Assembly (NCBI GenBank): GCA_963668175.1
Contig: OY764159.1
Coordinates: forward strand, 2,176,001 to 2,240,000
Direction of reading: 5' to 3'
DNA: 64,000 bases
Source: Syntrophales bacterium
Lineage (GTDB): Bacteria; Desulfobacterota; Syntrophia; Syntrophales; PHBD01
The position numbers were made by a program, and so were the translations under genes. Below the pieces are notes generated by a model. It had not been told where the DNA came from and did no database searches. It saw only the letters and a program-made list of their open reading frames with translations. Every line of letters starts with the position of its first letter. Position 1 is the stretch's first letter. This document shows positions 1-9,459 of the stretch, piece by piece.

Positions 1-19
1 GCTGTTTTTCAGCCTGCAT
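1..19 (-). CDS. Possible 5' end of a gene running off the left edge (MQAEKQ...)
   Basis: Minus-strand ATG at 19 preceded by purine-rich AAAAGGCAGG; only 6 codons visible. Confidence 0.3.
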
Positions 20-224
20 CTTATACCTGCCTTTTTTATCATAGGTGCCGATAAATAAGAAGACTATCTTTCGCGGCGCCGGTCGATTTGAAGATCAAAG
101 ACCGGATTTGCAGGGTTGGCTTTCGGCGGTGCGGGCCGCCGGAGGGAGGCGGGCGGCCCGGGCATCTTCTTCGCCGGAAAACGCAGGCGGCGGGCTGAGC
201 GGGGATATCACACGGCGTTGGACG

Positions 225-278
225 GGGGGGCGCAGGGTATCAGGCGGCAGCGGGGGGCGCAGGGTATCAGGCGGCAGC
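225..278. repeat. Perfect 27-bp tandem direct repeat (2 copies)
   Basis: GGGGGGCGCAGGGTATCAGGCGGCAGC at 225-251 and 252-278. Confidence 0.9.
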
Positions 279-289
279 CGGGGCCGCCG

Positions 290-730
290 TTACGCCGGAT
301 TTTTATGCCGGCGCAGAAACTCGATAACGAAACCGATATTAAACGTTATGGCTTCGCAGGTCAATGCCTCGCAGAGATGGGGCGGATTGCTTTCGTGAAA
401 GCCTTCCGGGCGCAGTTCCCTGCAGAGCAGGGATTTGAACCGGTCCTCGAACCGGCGCGCATATTCGGCGCAGGCGTCCACGACGATTTCGTCGGCAATG
501 CCCCTGGCCCTTCCCACGATCCCGATGAACATCAGGTTGCCTTCCACCAGGCCGCACTGCGCCCCGTGGCCACCGGCGCCGTGCATGCCGAGGGCCGCAT
601 CGACGACCTGGCTGGAGAGATCGACGGAAAACAGTTCCGACAGGATCTTCAGGTTCGCCGTGGCGCAGTTGATGTCGTCCCGCCAGTAGTATTTATTCAC
701 CCGGCCCTTAACGAAGTCGTCCATTTTCAT
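290..730 (-). CDS. C-GCAxxG-C-C family putative redox-active protein
   Basis: NCA...GMHGAGGHGAQCGLVEG...LLCREL...HLC Cys pattern; start trimmed to MKMDD. Confidence 0.8.
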   Translation of the reverse strand: MKMDDFVKGRVNKYYWRDDINCATANLKILSELFSVDLSSQVVDAALGMHGAGGHGAQCGLVEGNLMFIGIVGRARGIADEIVVDACAEYARRFEDRFKSLLCRELRPEGFHESNPPHLCEALTCEAITFNIGFVIEFLRRHKNPA

Positions 731-972
731 CCTGCTGCCTGTGCTGGGGCCAGCAACGCGCCTCCCACGAGCCCGCCCCGCCGTGCTTCCGGAAGCATTA
801 TACCGAGTTCCGGGAACACGTGGTTCATGGTTGTTCCTCCCCGTCTCAAGGCCGCGGTGCAACTGCCGCCGCCCGAAGGAGGGGGCTTTTCCCGGCCGGA
901 AGAATGCGCCGCCGGGCTATCGGACCGTTCCGTCGAAGGCCGTCCAATCGCGCTCAACCTTAACAGAGGGCA

Positions 973-1431
973 TCACCTGGGACAGCTCAGGGTTATCTGC
1001 TTGTTAAAACCGGCTTCAGGCGGAACCGAGGTCCTGTGGACCCTTTCGTCGCCGCCGCATCGCCATTCGGCCACGTAATCCTTTCCGCACCCCACGGCGG
1101 GATCGCCTATCGTCACATAGCTGATCGTGTAGACGCAGTTACTCTTGTTGTTGCAGGCCTGGGCCAGGTGGTCCGTTTTGTTCCCGTAAGACGCGCCGCA
1201 GTTCTTTCCGTAAGTTCCGGCAACGACGACGATGGCGCCTCGCCGCGATGAGGACGCGGCGATGTCTCCCTGAAAATCGATGCTTTTGATATTGCGGGCC
1301 GGCTGGTCGAGTCTGAAAATCTGCGATGAACCGTCATTGAATATGACCGTCAGGCTGTCTTCGGCATTGGCCATAATGGCCCCGGTCAAGAACAAACAAA
1401 TCGCGAGCAACGAGGTAAAAAATCTTTTCAT
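973..1431 (-). CDS. Secreted protein with SUEL-type (galactose/rhamnose-binding) lectin-like domain
   Basis: Signal peptide; A-x-YG-x-N-C...C-x5-C...GDPAVGCGKDY-x4-C pattern typical of SUEL/Gal_lectin domains. Confidence 0.7.
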   Translation of the reverse strand: MKRFFTSLLAICLFLTGAIMANAEDSLTVIFNDGSSQIFRLDQPARNIKSIDFQGDIAASSSRRGAIVVVAGTYGKNCGASYGNKTDHLAQACNNKSNCVYTISYVTIGDPAVGCGKDYVAEWRCGGDERVHRTSVPPEAGFNKQITLSCPR

Positions 1432-1565
1432 AGTCTTCCGCCCCTTTCCTGGATGTGTAATGTGAATGGTTTGTATAGCTTAAAACCCTGAAGGCCCGAT
1501 TTTTCTACGAACACCCCCGGCGGGAACCGGCGTGCCGGGCCGATTTCGCCTTTTCCCTGCAATGT

Positions 1566-1955
1566 TCAGCCGTCCTTTTCGATTGTGTCCCTCAGTTCCG
1601 TCAGCAGTTGCACTGTTTTCTCCGTTCGCCGCCGATTTCCGCTAAGGCCCATATCCACGGTTTCAATGTCCCATAGGTACCTGAACAAATCATGTTCCGA
1701 TGTGCGGCGAATGAGTTGACCGCAAATGTGAGCGACATAGGAATCATACTCACCATGTGCCTCAGAAATGCCGGATACGCTGATCGGGTCCCATTCCCTC
1801 ATCAGGATTTCGCGGATGGCGAGTTGATACTCGCGGACTCGTTTAGAGTAATGCATCCTGCCCAACCTTCTCCGTCCGGGGTGCACAGCCGGGACGCAAT
1901 TTTTCCCGTCCTTGTTGTTGGAGTTGTTCATGTCGCAAGCCCTTTCGCCGCCCAA
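1566..1955 (-). CDS. Hypothetical protein (WDPI...EYDSY motif, DUF1871-like); start uncertain
   Basis: ORF with EWDPISV and EYDSYV motifs. Confidence 0.55.
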   Translation of the reverse strand: MGGERACDMNNSNNKDGKNCVPAVHPGRRRLGRMHYSKRVREYQLAIREILMREWDPISVSGISEAHGEYDSYVAHICGQLIRRTSEHDLFRYLWDIETVDMGLSGNRRRTEKTVQLLTELRDTIEKDG

Positions 1956-2030
1956 GCCGATATAAACGCCCCAGGCTGAATGCGACGTGTCCCGGTAAGA
2001 TATCGGAAAGGCCGATGTCCTGTCACGCGA

Positions 2031-2669
2031 TCAGTCCGGCCTCCTGCGGCCGGTCATGAGAAATACGGAAAAACGCCTCGTTTCCCCGTCGCTCCCCGGT
2101 TTCACGACTTCTGTGGCGCGCGCGTCCCGGATGTCGTCGAATCCCGCTTTCGCAAAGATCCTGCGCAGCGCCTCCCGGTCGAATCCGGCATGGAATACGC
2201 CGGTCTTGTCTTCGTGAAAACGGCCGCCTTCCAGGTCCAGATCGGCGACGCACAGATGGCCGCCGGGCGCGGCGACGTTATGGAATTGCGCGAAAAGGGG
2301 TTCGATCTTCTTGATATGGTGAAGGGTCATGTTGCACAGGACAAGATCGTAACGTCCCGTCAGGACATCTCCCCGGTCGAGATCGGCCAGTTGCGCACGG
2401 ACGTTGTTCGACCCCAGCTTGGCGGCCTTCGCCTTGAAGACGTCGAGCATGCCCTGCGAACTGTCCACCCCCGTCACGGAACGGACAAGGGGCTGCAGCC
2501 GGAATGTCACGAGTCCCGTGCCGCAGCCGAAATCCATCACGTCCATGCCGGGCGTCAGGGCGATCCTTTCCGACACGGCCCGGGCGATGTCGTCCGCCAG
2601 GCGGACCCTGCCCGGATTTTCGTCCCAGGAGGCGGCCGCCTTATCGAAGTCGCGTTTTTCCGTGCTCAT
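2031..2669 (-). CDS. Class I SAM-dependent methyltransferase
   Basis: MDFGCGTG motif I, VDSS, MTLHH. Confidence 0.9.
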   Translation of the reverse strand: MSTEKRDFDKAAASWDENPGRVRLADDIARAVSERIALTPGMDVMDFGCGTGLVTFRLQPLVRSVTGVDSSQGMLDVFKAKAAKLGSNNVRAQLADLDRGDVLTGRYDLVLCNMTLHHIKKIEPLFAQFHNVAAPGGHLCVADLDLEGGRFHEDKTGVFHAGFDREALRRIFAKAGFDDIRDARATEVVKPGSDGETRRFSVFLMTGRRRPD

Positions 2670-2780
2670 CGTAAGGACTCCTTTGTTCCGTTACTGTTCC
2701 CTTATCCTGTACCGCCGCAACGCGCACAACGAGGAGACTCAGCCGCGAAACGAACCGGCCGCCTGCACACGGCGGGACGG

Positions 2781-2874
2781 CGGGACTTTCGATCGTACGG
2801 GAACGCTACCCGGCAAGCTCCGCCGGGACTTTCGATCGTACGGGAACGCTTCCCGGCAAGCTCCGCCGGGACTT
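2781..2874. repeat. 43-bp tandem direct repeat (2 copies plus 8-bp partial), intergenic
   Basis: CGGGACTTTCGATCGTACGGGAACGCT(A/T)CCCGGCAAGCTCCGC at 2781-2823 and 2824-2866, then CGGGACTT. Confidence 0.9.
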
Positions 2875-2917
2875 CCCCCCGCGTGAAACGCATGTATCGT
2901 TTTCAGCCTTGCTCAAT

Positions 2918-3952
2918 CTATTTGACGCCGGAGACGCAGCAATCGCTTCTATTGGCCGGGGGCACGGAATTCTTAAGCCAGCAGCGGGCGGAAGGCCCCT
3001 GGACGCCGGGCTTGACGTATGTCCAGGCCCTGCAGTTGCGTTCCTCCGCGCAGGCCGCCATGCATAATTCCGGGTTGGCCCTCTGGAGGTCGAAGTTCCT
3101 GAAGTCCATTCCGGGGCGGTCCGTGTCGAATTCCATATCCGTGCGGGATACCTGTCGATTCTTGACGCCGGAGACGCAGCAATCGCTTCTATTGGCCGGG
3201 GGCACGGAATTCTTAAGCCAGCAGCGGGCGGAAGGCCCCTGGACGCCGGGCTTGACGTATGTCCAGGCCCTGCAGTTGCGTTCCTCCGCGCAGGCCGCCA
3301 TGCATAATTCCGGGTTGGCCCTCTGGAGGTCGAAGTTCCTGAAGTCCATTCCGGGGCGGTCCGTGTCGAATTCCATATCCGTGCGGGACACCTGTCGATT
3401 CTTGACGCCGGAGACGCAGCAATCGCTTCTTGTGGCCGGGGGCACGGAATTCTTAAGCCAGCAGCGGGCGGAAGGCCCCTGGACGCCGGGCTTGACGTAT
3501 GTCCAGGCCTTGCAGTTGCGTTCCTCCGCGCAGGCCGCCATGCACAATTCCGGGTTGGCCCTTTGGAGATCGAAGTTCCTGAAGTCCATTCCGGGGCGGT
3601 CCGTGTCGAATTCCATATCCGTGCGGGATACCTGTCGATTCTTGACGCCGGAGACGCAGCAATCGCTTCTTGTGGCTGAGGGCACGGAATTCTTAAGCCA
3701 GCATCGGGCGGAAGGTCCCTGGACGCCGGGCTTGACGTATGTCCAGGCCTTGCAGTTGCGTTCCTCCGCGCAGGCCGCCATGCACAATTCCGGGTTGGCC
3801 CTTTGGAGATCGAAGTTCCTGAAGTCCATTCCGGGGCGGTCCGTGTCGTACTCCATGTCGCTCGATCTTCTATCGGCTGACGCCCCTGGACAGGATAGGC
3901 TCAACAACAATAAGATCAGAATGACTACCTTGAGCGTAAATATCTTCTTCAT
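2918..3952 (-). CDS. Secreted protein with four tandem PAN/Apple (PAN_4-like) domains
   Basis: Signal peptide MKKIFTLK...; 4x DRPGMDF...CMAAC-x5-C-x-AWTY...CWLK...SG; RBS AAGGAGG. Confidence 0.85.
   Translation of the reverse strand: MKKIFTLKVVILILLLLSLSCPGASADRRSSDMEYDTDRPGMDFRNFDLQRANPELCMAACAEERNCKAWTYVKPGVQGPSARCWLKNSVPSATRSDCCVSGVKNRQVSRTDMEFDTDRPGMDFRNFDLQRANPELCMAACAEERNCKAWTYVKPGVQGPSARCWLKNSVPPATRSDCCVSGVKNRQVSRTDMEFDTDRPGMDFRNFDLQRANPELCMAACAEERNCRAWTYVKPGVQGPSARCWLKNSVPPANRSDCCVSGVKNRQVSRTDMEFDTDRPGMDFRNFDLQRANPELCMAACAEERNCRAWTYVKPGVQGPSARCWLKNSVPPANRSDCCVSGVK
2922..3857. repeat. Intragenic 240-bp tandem repeat, about 4 near-identical copies
   Basis: Unit starts TTGACGCCGGAGACGCAGC at 2922, 3162, 3402, 3642. 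Confidence 0.95.
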
Positions 3953-4327
3953 CCCTTCCTCCTTTGCTTGTCCGGTTTCGCATTGGCCCGTTGTTTCGCC
4001 CGGTTTTATTAAAGTTTCTCCCAACGGCGTTTGTACCGAATGAAATCGACCCGCCCGCGAATCGTGTACCATATTTGGAGCAAGGATTCTATGTTTACCT
4101 TATGGCGGGCTTATCGATAATCGGCTGAAATGCTTGCGTCTGACTGAAATTGCGGTTCATCGACTATGGGAGGAATACGGGAGAAAGGCCCCTGTTGGCT
4201 TCAGCTACGAATCGTTGAAATACATGACAAAATTGCAGCGTAGATTACAGCTTGAAAGCGCGGGGAAGACAAGCATGCAGAGCCAAAGATGATCCTGCCT
4301 TCTTGTCTTCAAAATTCTAAATGGATA

Positions 4328-5272
4328 TTATTTACGAAACTTATGCCTTGCCGACACCACAATCCCCAAGCCGAGGCCGAGAAGCAATACGGTCGCAGGT
4401 TCCGGGACGGGGGCGGTGCTGAGACCGCTTTCGCTTGTAAATATGATATTCGGGTCCAAAGAAGTCGTAAGTACGGTAAAAGGATCGGTGGCGTCTACAA
4501 ATCCTCCGTTGACGACTGAGCCGATACCAGTAAGAGAGGTAAAAGTGAGACCGGCATAAGCTGTAAAGAGTGCATCGTAGGAGAAGTAAACAGTGTCGCC
4601 TTCAATTTTAATGGTCACAGGTATGTAGGTTGTGCCCAGAAGCGTCGTTCCGTTAAAGTGTTCCAGGCTTGCAGATGCCTCAACGAATCCGGGACGGCCT
4701 TCTTCTGACAGGCGGAAATAAAAACTGTAACTCTCCGAGCCGCTGTTAAATTGATAGAGGGCACCGATTGTGGCTCCACTCATCAGGCCTAAGGAGCCGT
4801 GCTGCCGTAGACTTACTGAAACGGGAACCCCCTGTGACGGCAGCGATGTCGCACAACTCAGCGGGGAAGTGCAACTCCATGTATCCTGATACCAGGAACC
4901 TGATACCCCCTGTCTCACATAGTCGGGTTCCCTGTAAACCGTGCTGATGGCCAAACCGGCCTGGATAATAGTGTAAGACTTGTCGGTCGCAGCATCGTAA
5001 TAGATGCCGTTTTGCACGTAAGACTTTGCATAATTATCGGTGTTGAGCGTGTATGAACTGCTCGCTGTGTCATGCTCATCTAAGTACGTCTGGGACGATC
5101 CAACAAGGTAGCTGTGACTGCTGCCGTTGCCGGCCGTCGCCGTTACCGGCAATACGAGAAACGCAATATGCGTCGGCAAGAGTGTGAGCATGATGAGGAT
5201 TGATGAGAAGAATTTTACCCGCCATTTGCCGCGACTATCCATTAAGATCGATAACTCGGTTTTTCTTGTCAT
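4328..5272 (-). CDS. PEP-CTERM sorting-domain surface protein (Ser/Thr/Gly-rich)
   Basis: C-terminal VPEPATVLLLGLGLGIVVSARHKFRK; hydrophobic N-terminal segment; lower GC. Confidence 0.9.
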   Translation of the reverse strand: MTRKTELSILMDSRGKWRVKFFSSILIMLTLLPTHIAFLVLPVTATAGNGSSHSYLVGSSQTYLDEHDTASSSYTLNTDNYAKSYVQNGIYYDAATDKSYTIIQAGLAISTVYREPDYVRQGVSGSWYQDTWSCTSPLSCATSLPSQGVPVSVSLRQHGSLGLMSGATIGALYQFNSGSESYSFYFRLSEEGRPGFVEASASLEHFNGTTLLGTTYIPVTIKIEGDTVYFSYDALFTAYAGLTFTSLTGIGSVVNGGFVDATDPFTVLTTSLDPNIIFTSESGLSTAPVPEPATVLLLGLGLGIVVSARHKFRK

Positions 5273-5311
5273 TTCACGCCCCCCCTGAAGGATATTTCGC
5301 AACGAAAGATT

Positions 5312-5327
5312 AGCAATATAAATGCCA
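5312..5327 (-). promoter_or_regulatory. Sigma-54 (-24/-12) promoter of the PEP-CTERM gene
   Basis: TGGCAT-TTATA-TTGCT, 39 nt upstream of the ATG at 5272. Confidence 0.8.
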
Positions 5328-5390
5328 TGATTGATCTTGCTGATATGCATGCGGTTTTTTCTCTGACGCCCTTGGGGTGTGTCTTCTTGT

Positions 5391-5407
5391 TGTAAAGAAT
5401 ATTAACA
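5391..5407 (-). promoter_or_regulatory. Proximal enhancer box TGT-N8-TTTACA (PrsR-type bEBP site candidate)
   Basis: TGTTAATATTCTTTACA on the minus strand. Confidence 0.7.
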
Positions 5408-5490
5408 GTTCTCATTGCGATGAAACATATATCAAAACAAATACAATGCTTCATTCATAAATAATAAATATTTAAATAAATATAATATTA

Positions 5491-5507
5491 TGTAAAAATA
5501 TCCTACA
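5491..5507 (-). promoter_or_regulatory. Distal enhancer box TGT-N8-TTTACA
   Basis: TGTAGGATATTTTTACA on the minus strand, exactly 100 bp from the proximal box. Confidence 0.7.
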
Positions 5508-5777
5508 TAATGAAAGTTAATATCACACTTCGGGTTTCCCTTTTCTCCAATAGTCCGTGTTGGCTTCAAGTTTACCTTTCGCATATCACTCAACGCGGTC
5601 CCTTCTGTCATGAACCATAGGCGTATCTATTTGAAATGTGGAAAGGATTATATATGATGATAACCAAGACTTCAGGAAGTTATCGGTAAGACGCCCGCTG
5701 TCCGATTCGTCTGCTGTTTCTCGCCGCGGTGCGATCCCGGGGGGGCGAGGGTAACGATTTTTAAGCAACCTGAATGA

Positions 5778-6848
5778 TCATCCGAGGCAGCCGCCGAGGA
5801 CCCGCAGGAAATTGCCGCCGACGTAGGCGGCGATGTCGCTTTGGGTCAGGCCCGCCTCCCTCATGGCGGCCACCAGTTTCGGAAGGGAGAGAATGGAATC
5901 CCAGCCGGCCACGACGTTGGGGAGCGAGCCGCCGCCGTCGGTGCCGAGGCCGCAATGCTCGATGCCCAGGCGGTTTTTCATCAGCAGGATCTCCGCGGCC
6001 CAATCCTTCAGCGTCGTTCTCTGCAGCGTACCCCTGGATACCGCATACGGCCACGTGCAGACGAGCCCCCCATGCTTCGCGATCGTTTCCATCTCCGGCC
6101 ATGTCCTCAGCCGCTGGGAGTTCTTCGTCTCATAGCCGTAGGGAAGGGGGCTGGTGTGGGAATCGACGACGGGGGCCCGGCTCGCCTCGACGATGCTCGC
6201 AAGCGTCCCGGTTTTGGCATGGGCGACGTCGATCAGGATGCCCCGCTCGTTCATCCGTTCCACCACCTTCACGCCGAAGGGCGTTAAAGGGCCGTCGTTT
6301 TGGGACCGCTGGTTGAAGCCGATGGCGTTGTTGTGGTCGTGCATCAGGGTGATCATCCGGACGCCGTAATCGTAAAGCCTGTCCAGGTTTTCCATCCTGC
6401 CCTCCAGGGCGTCGGCCCCCTCGACGGCCATGACGGCTCCCGTGGCGTTGCCCGGCGCCGTGACGGATTTGAGGTCCGCCGCCGAAAGAACCCGCTTCAC
6501 CTTCCCTTCGTCCTCCAGGCCCTTGACCATCCGGAGCTGGCCCACGGTATCGGCGAAAGGCAGGCCGAAGCGGTTCGGGTAGAGCGTCAGGTCCCCCACC
6601 GCCGAAAAGGAGCACACCGCCATCCCGACCTTCTTCATCATGTCCACGGTCGGCGTCGTGGCGTCGCGCCGGTTGACGCCGAAGAGCTGGTAGGGGTGGG
6701 CATGGGCGTCGGCGATTGTCAAACCGCGCAGCTCGCTCATGTCTTCCCGTGAGAAGGCGCTTCCCGGCAGCAGGCAGGAAGCGAAGCCGCAGGCTCCGGC
6801 GGCAAGTGCCGCCCGCACACCATATTGCAGAAATTCCCTCCGTTTCAT
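5778..6848 (-). CDS. Tat-exported membrane dipeptidase family (peptidase M19) protein
   Basis: MKRREFL twin-arginine signal; DAHAH, VEGAD, IDVAH, DSHT, GTDG motifs. Confidence 0.85.
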   Translation of the reverse strand: MKRREFLQYGVRAALAAGACGFASCLLPGSAFSREDMSELRGLTIADAHAHPYQLFGVNRRDATTPTVDMMKKVGMAVCSFSAVGDLTLYPNRFGLPFADTVGQLRMVKGLEDEGKVKRVLSAADLKSVTAPGNATGAVMAVEGADALEGRMENLDRLYDYGVRMITLMHDHNNAIGFNQRSQNDGPLTPFGVKVVERMNERGILIDVAHAKTGTLASIVEASRAPVVDSHTSPLPYGYETKNSQRLRTWPEMETIAKHGGLVCTWPYAVSRGTLQRTTLKDWAAEILLMKNRLGIEHCGLGTDGGGSLPNVVAGWDSILSLPKLVAAMREAGLTQSDIAAYVGGNFLRVLGGCLG

Positions 6849-7226
6849 ATCGCTCCTCGTCAGTCCATGGATGCCGGACAGCGGCTTGCGCCGCGTGCTT
6901 CGCACCGCCGTCCGCGATCCGCCTTATGGTCCTCTGCGCGACGGACGGCTTCACGCCGGGGCCGCGATCGCCGGAATCTGCGGCATGTTTTCCCGGCAGG
7001 ATTCCGGGAAGCGGATTATACCATATTTCAACTTGTCCCGCGACTGTCCCGCCGGAGAACGCGGGCCGGGGAAGCGCGGGGCCGGAGAGGGGGTCCCGGC
7101 GCATACATCCGGGAACGGACGGTTTTCAGAATATCGCCTGGCGAAAAACTTGCAAATTCGAGGGAGAACACGTTAAAGTGTGCTTACAGCAAACACAAAT
7201 TCCTTTGTAAGGGGAGGGCCGGCGCC

Positions 7227-8180
7227 ATGATATCTTCCAGCAGGGAGACAAGCGTTCAAGTCGCGGTGGTCCAGGCCGCCGCAGTGCCGTTCGACACCGA
7301 TGCCTGTGTCGAGAAGGCGATACGGCTGATTGCGGAAGCCGCCGCCGCGGGTGCAAAAGTCATCGTCTTTCCGGAGGCGTTCATTGTCGGATATCCGAAG
7401 GGCCTGAGCTACGGACTCGTTGTCGGGGCGCGCGATCCCGTCGGGCGCGAAGAGTTCAGGCTTTACCTCGACGCGGCCATCGAGGTTCCGGGCCCGCATA
7501 CAGAGCGGCTCGGCGAGGCCGCGGCGGCGCATGGATGTTACGTCGTCATGGGCGTGATCGAACGCGAACAGGGCACGTGTTACTGCACGGTGCTTTTCTT
7601 CGGCCCGGACGGGCGGCTGCTGGGCAGGCACCGCAAGCTCATGCCGACGGCTTTGGAGCGGATGATCTGGGGCTTCGGCGACGGCTCGACGCTGACGGCG
7701 GTCGACAGCCCCTACGGGCGCATCGGCTCGGTGATCTGCTGGGAGAACTACATGCCGATGCTCCGGATGGCGATGTATGCAAAGGGCGTCGCGCTGTATT
7801 GCGCCCCCACCGCCGACGACAGGGACACGTGGCTCGCGTCCATGCAGCACATCGCCCTGGAAGGGCGCTGCTTCGTCCTGACTGCATGCCAGTTCATCCG
7901 CAAAAAGGATTTCCCGGATACCGTGCGCGTTTTCCTCGGCGATTCCCCCGACTCGGTGTTGATGCGCGGCGGAAGCGCCATCGTCAGCCCGCTGGGGAAG
8001 GTGCTCGCGGGGCCTCACTTCGGGGGCGAGACCATCCTGACCGCGACGCTCGATCTCGGCGAGATAGCCCGCGGGAAGTTCGATCTTGACGTTGTCGGCC
8101 ATTACAGCCGGCCGGATATCTTTCGGCTGCACGTGAACGAAGCGCCCATGCGCCCGGTCGTTGCGAAAACGGAAGACTAG
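7227..8180 (+). CDS. Nitrilase (carbon-nitrogen hydrolase)
   Basis: FPEAF, HRKLMPT, ICWENYMP (E-K-C triad), GHYSRPD; RBS GGGGAG. Confidence 0.92.
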   Translation: MISSSRETSVQVAVVQAAAVPFDTDACVEKAIRLIAEAAAAGAKVIVFPEAFIVGYPKGLSYGLVVGARDPVGREEFRLYLDAAIEVPGPHTERLGEAAAAHGCYVVMGVIEREQGTCYCTVLFFGPDGRLLGRHRKLMPTALERMIWGFGDGSTLTAVDSPYGRIGSVICWENYMPMLRMAMYAKGVALYCAPTADDRDTWLASMQHIALEGRCFVLTACQFIRKKDFPDTVRVFLGDSPDSVLMRGGSAIVSPLGKVLAGPHFGGETILTATLDLGEIARGKFDLDVVGHYSRPDIFRLHVNEAPMRPVVAKTED

Positions 8181-8327
8181 CTCTGCCGGTGGGGCCTCGC
8201 GCCTCGTCGCACGGCGCGCTCCCGACAGCCGCGCCGCAACGGGAGCCGGGATTCCGGATTGAACGCGGCGCCCGGATCGGCCGGAAGGCCGGTTGGCCGT
8301 CGTGAATAAATCGCCGGCTCTCCGGCA

Positions 8328-9215
8328 TCACGCGCCGGCCTGCGCCGTGTGCTTCGCGATAGCGTCCACGATCTGCGCCCAGACCCCCTGCGGCATGTCG
8401 TGCCCCATGCCCTCGACGATCAGGAGTTTCGCCCCCGGTATCGACTTCGCCGTGTCTTCCCCTCCCGCGACGGGTATCAAGGGATCGTCGGCCCCGTGGA
8501 TGACAAGCGTCGGGGCCTTGACGGACGCGAGCTTCGGCCTCCGGTCGCCGCCGGCGATGATGGCTGCGTTCTGGCGCGCCATGCCCTGCGGGCAATAGGA
8601 CCGGTCGTAGCTCTTCTCCATGAACTTCCGGATGTTCTCTTCCTCGAACGGAAACCCGGGGCTCCATATGCGCCGCCATACGTTCACGTAATGCTCGGCG
8701 TACGCCCCGCGTTCCTCGGGCGCGGGCGCCAGGAGGGCGGCGATGGCGTCCTGCCTCCCGAAGGGCAGGGCGGGATTGCCCGTCGTCGACATCATGGACG
8801 TCAGGCTGAGGACATGCTCCGGATGGCGGAACGCGACGATCTGGGCGATCATGCCGCCCATGGAGGCGCCGCAGATATGGGCCTTTGCAATGCCCAGGGC
8901 GTCGAGGAGGCCGGCGGCGTCGTCCGCCATGTCGTCGAGGGTGTAGGCCGTCTCCACCTTGCGGCCCAGCATGGCGGCCTGGAAGACGGCCATGAGATCG
9001 GGCGCGCCCGCCTCGTCGAACTTGGTCGAAAGGCCGACGTCCCGGTTGTCGAAACGGATGACGTAGAGGCCCCTCTTCGCCAGCAAGTTGCAGAACCCGG
9101 AATCCCAGACGATCATCTGGGCGCCGTTTCCGGCAATCAGCAGCAGCGCGGGGGCGGAGCGATCTCCGAAGGTGTCGTATTCGATTTGGATTCCATTCGC
9201 CGTCACGTTAGGCAT
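8328..9215 (-). CDS. Alpha/beta hydrolase
   Basis: FDNRDVGLS, GASMGG nucleophile elbow, HGADD, MGHD. Confidence 0.92.
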   Translation of the reverse strand: MPNVTANGIQIEYDTFGDRSAPALLLIAGNGAQMIVWDSGFCNLLAKRGLYVIRFDNRDVGLSTKFDEAGAPDLMAVFQAAMLGRKVETAYTLDDMADDAAGLLDALGIAKAHICGASMGGMIAQIVAFRHPEHVLSLTSMMSTTGNPALPFGRQDAIAALLAPAPEERGAYAEHYVNVWRRIWSPGFPFEEENIRKFMEKSYDRSYCPQGMARQNAAIIAGGDRRPKLASVKAPTLVIHGADDPLIPVAGGEDTAKSIPGAKLLIVEGMGHDMPQGVWAQIVDAIAKHTAQAGA

Positions 9216-9459
9216 GGCTTGCTCCTTTTCCTGTTCGTATGATGGATTCGACGTCCGGCCCGGTTTTTCTGCGGACATCCATAGAAGCGTACATGATTTC
9301 GGCGGAATTGGAAAGGGCATATAACGGGCGGGACGATGCCCGTATCCTATGGCTGCAAGGATACGGGAACGGAAGACAGGGACGGCGCCGTGTCGAAAAG
9401 GCGCGGGGGATTTTTCCCTTGCGGAATCGCCGGGCTGAAAAGCGGGGCGGATGCCGCCG

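Noticed and set aside
290..730. C-GCAxxG-C-C protein as a second selenoprotein
   Set aside because: All motif positions are Cys codons with no in-frame TGA
225..2874. 27-bp and 43-bp repeats as mini-CRISPR arrays
   Set aside because: Copies are directly adjacent with no spacers, and no cas genes are present
2922..3857. 240-bp repeats as a CRISPR or ncRNA array
   Set aside because: No unique spacers; the period is a multiple of 3 inside a coding frame
1980..4043. 687-aa plus-strand ORF with repeats
   Set aside because: Antisense shadow of the methyltransferase and PAN genes; the repeats make sense as Cys-patterned domains only on the minus strand
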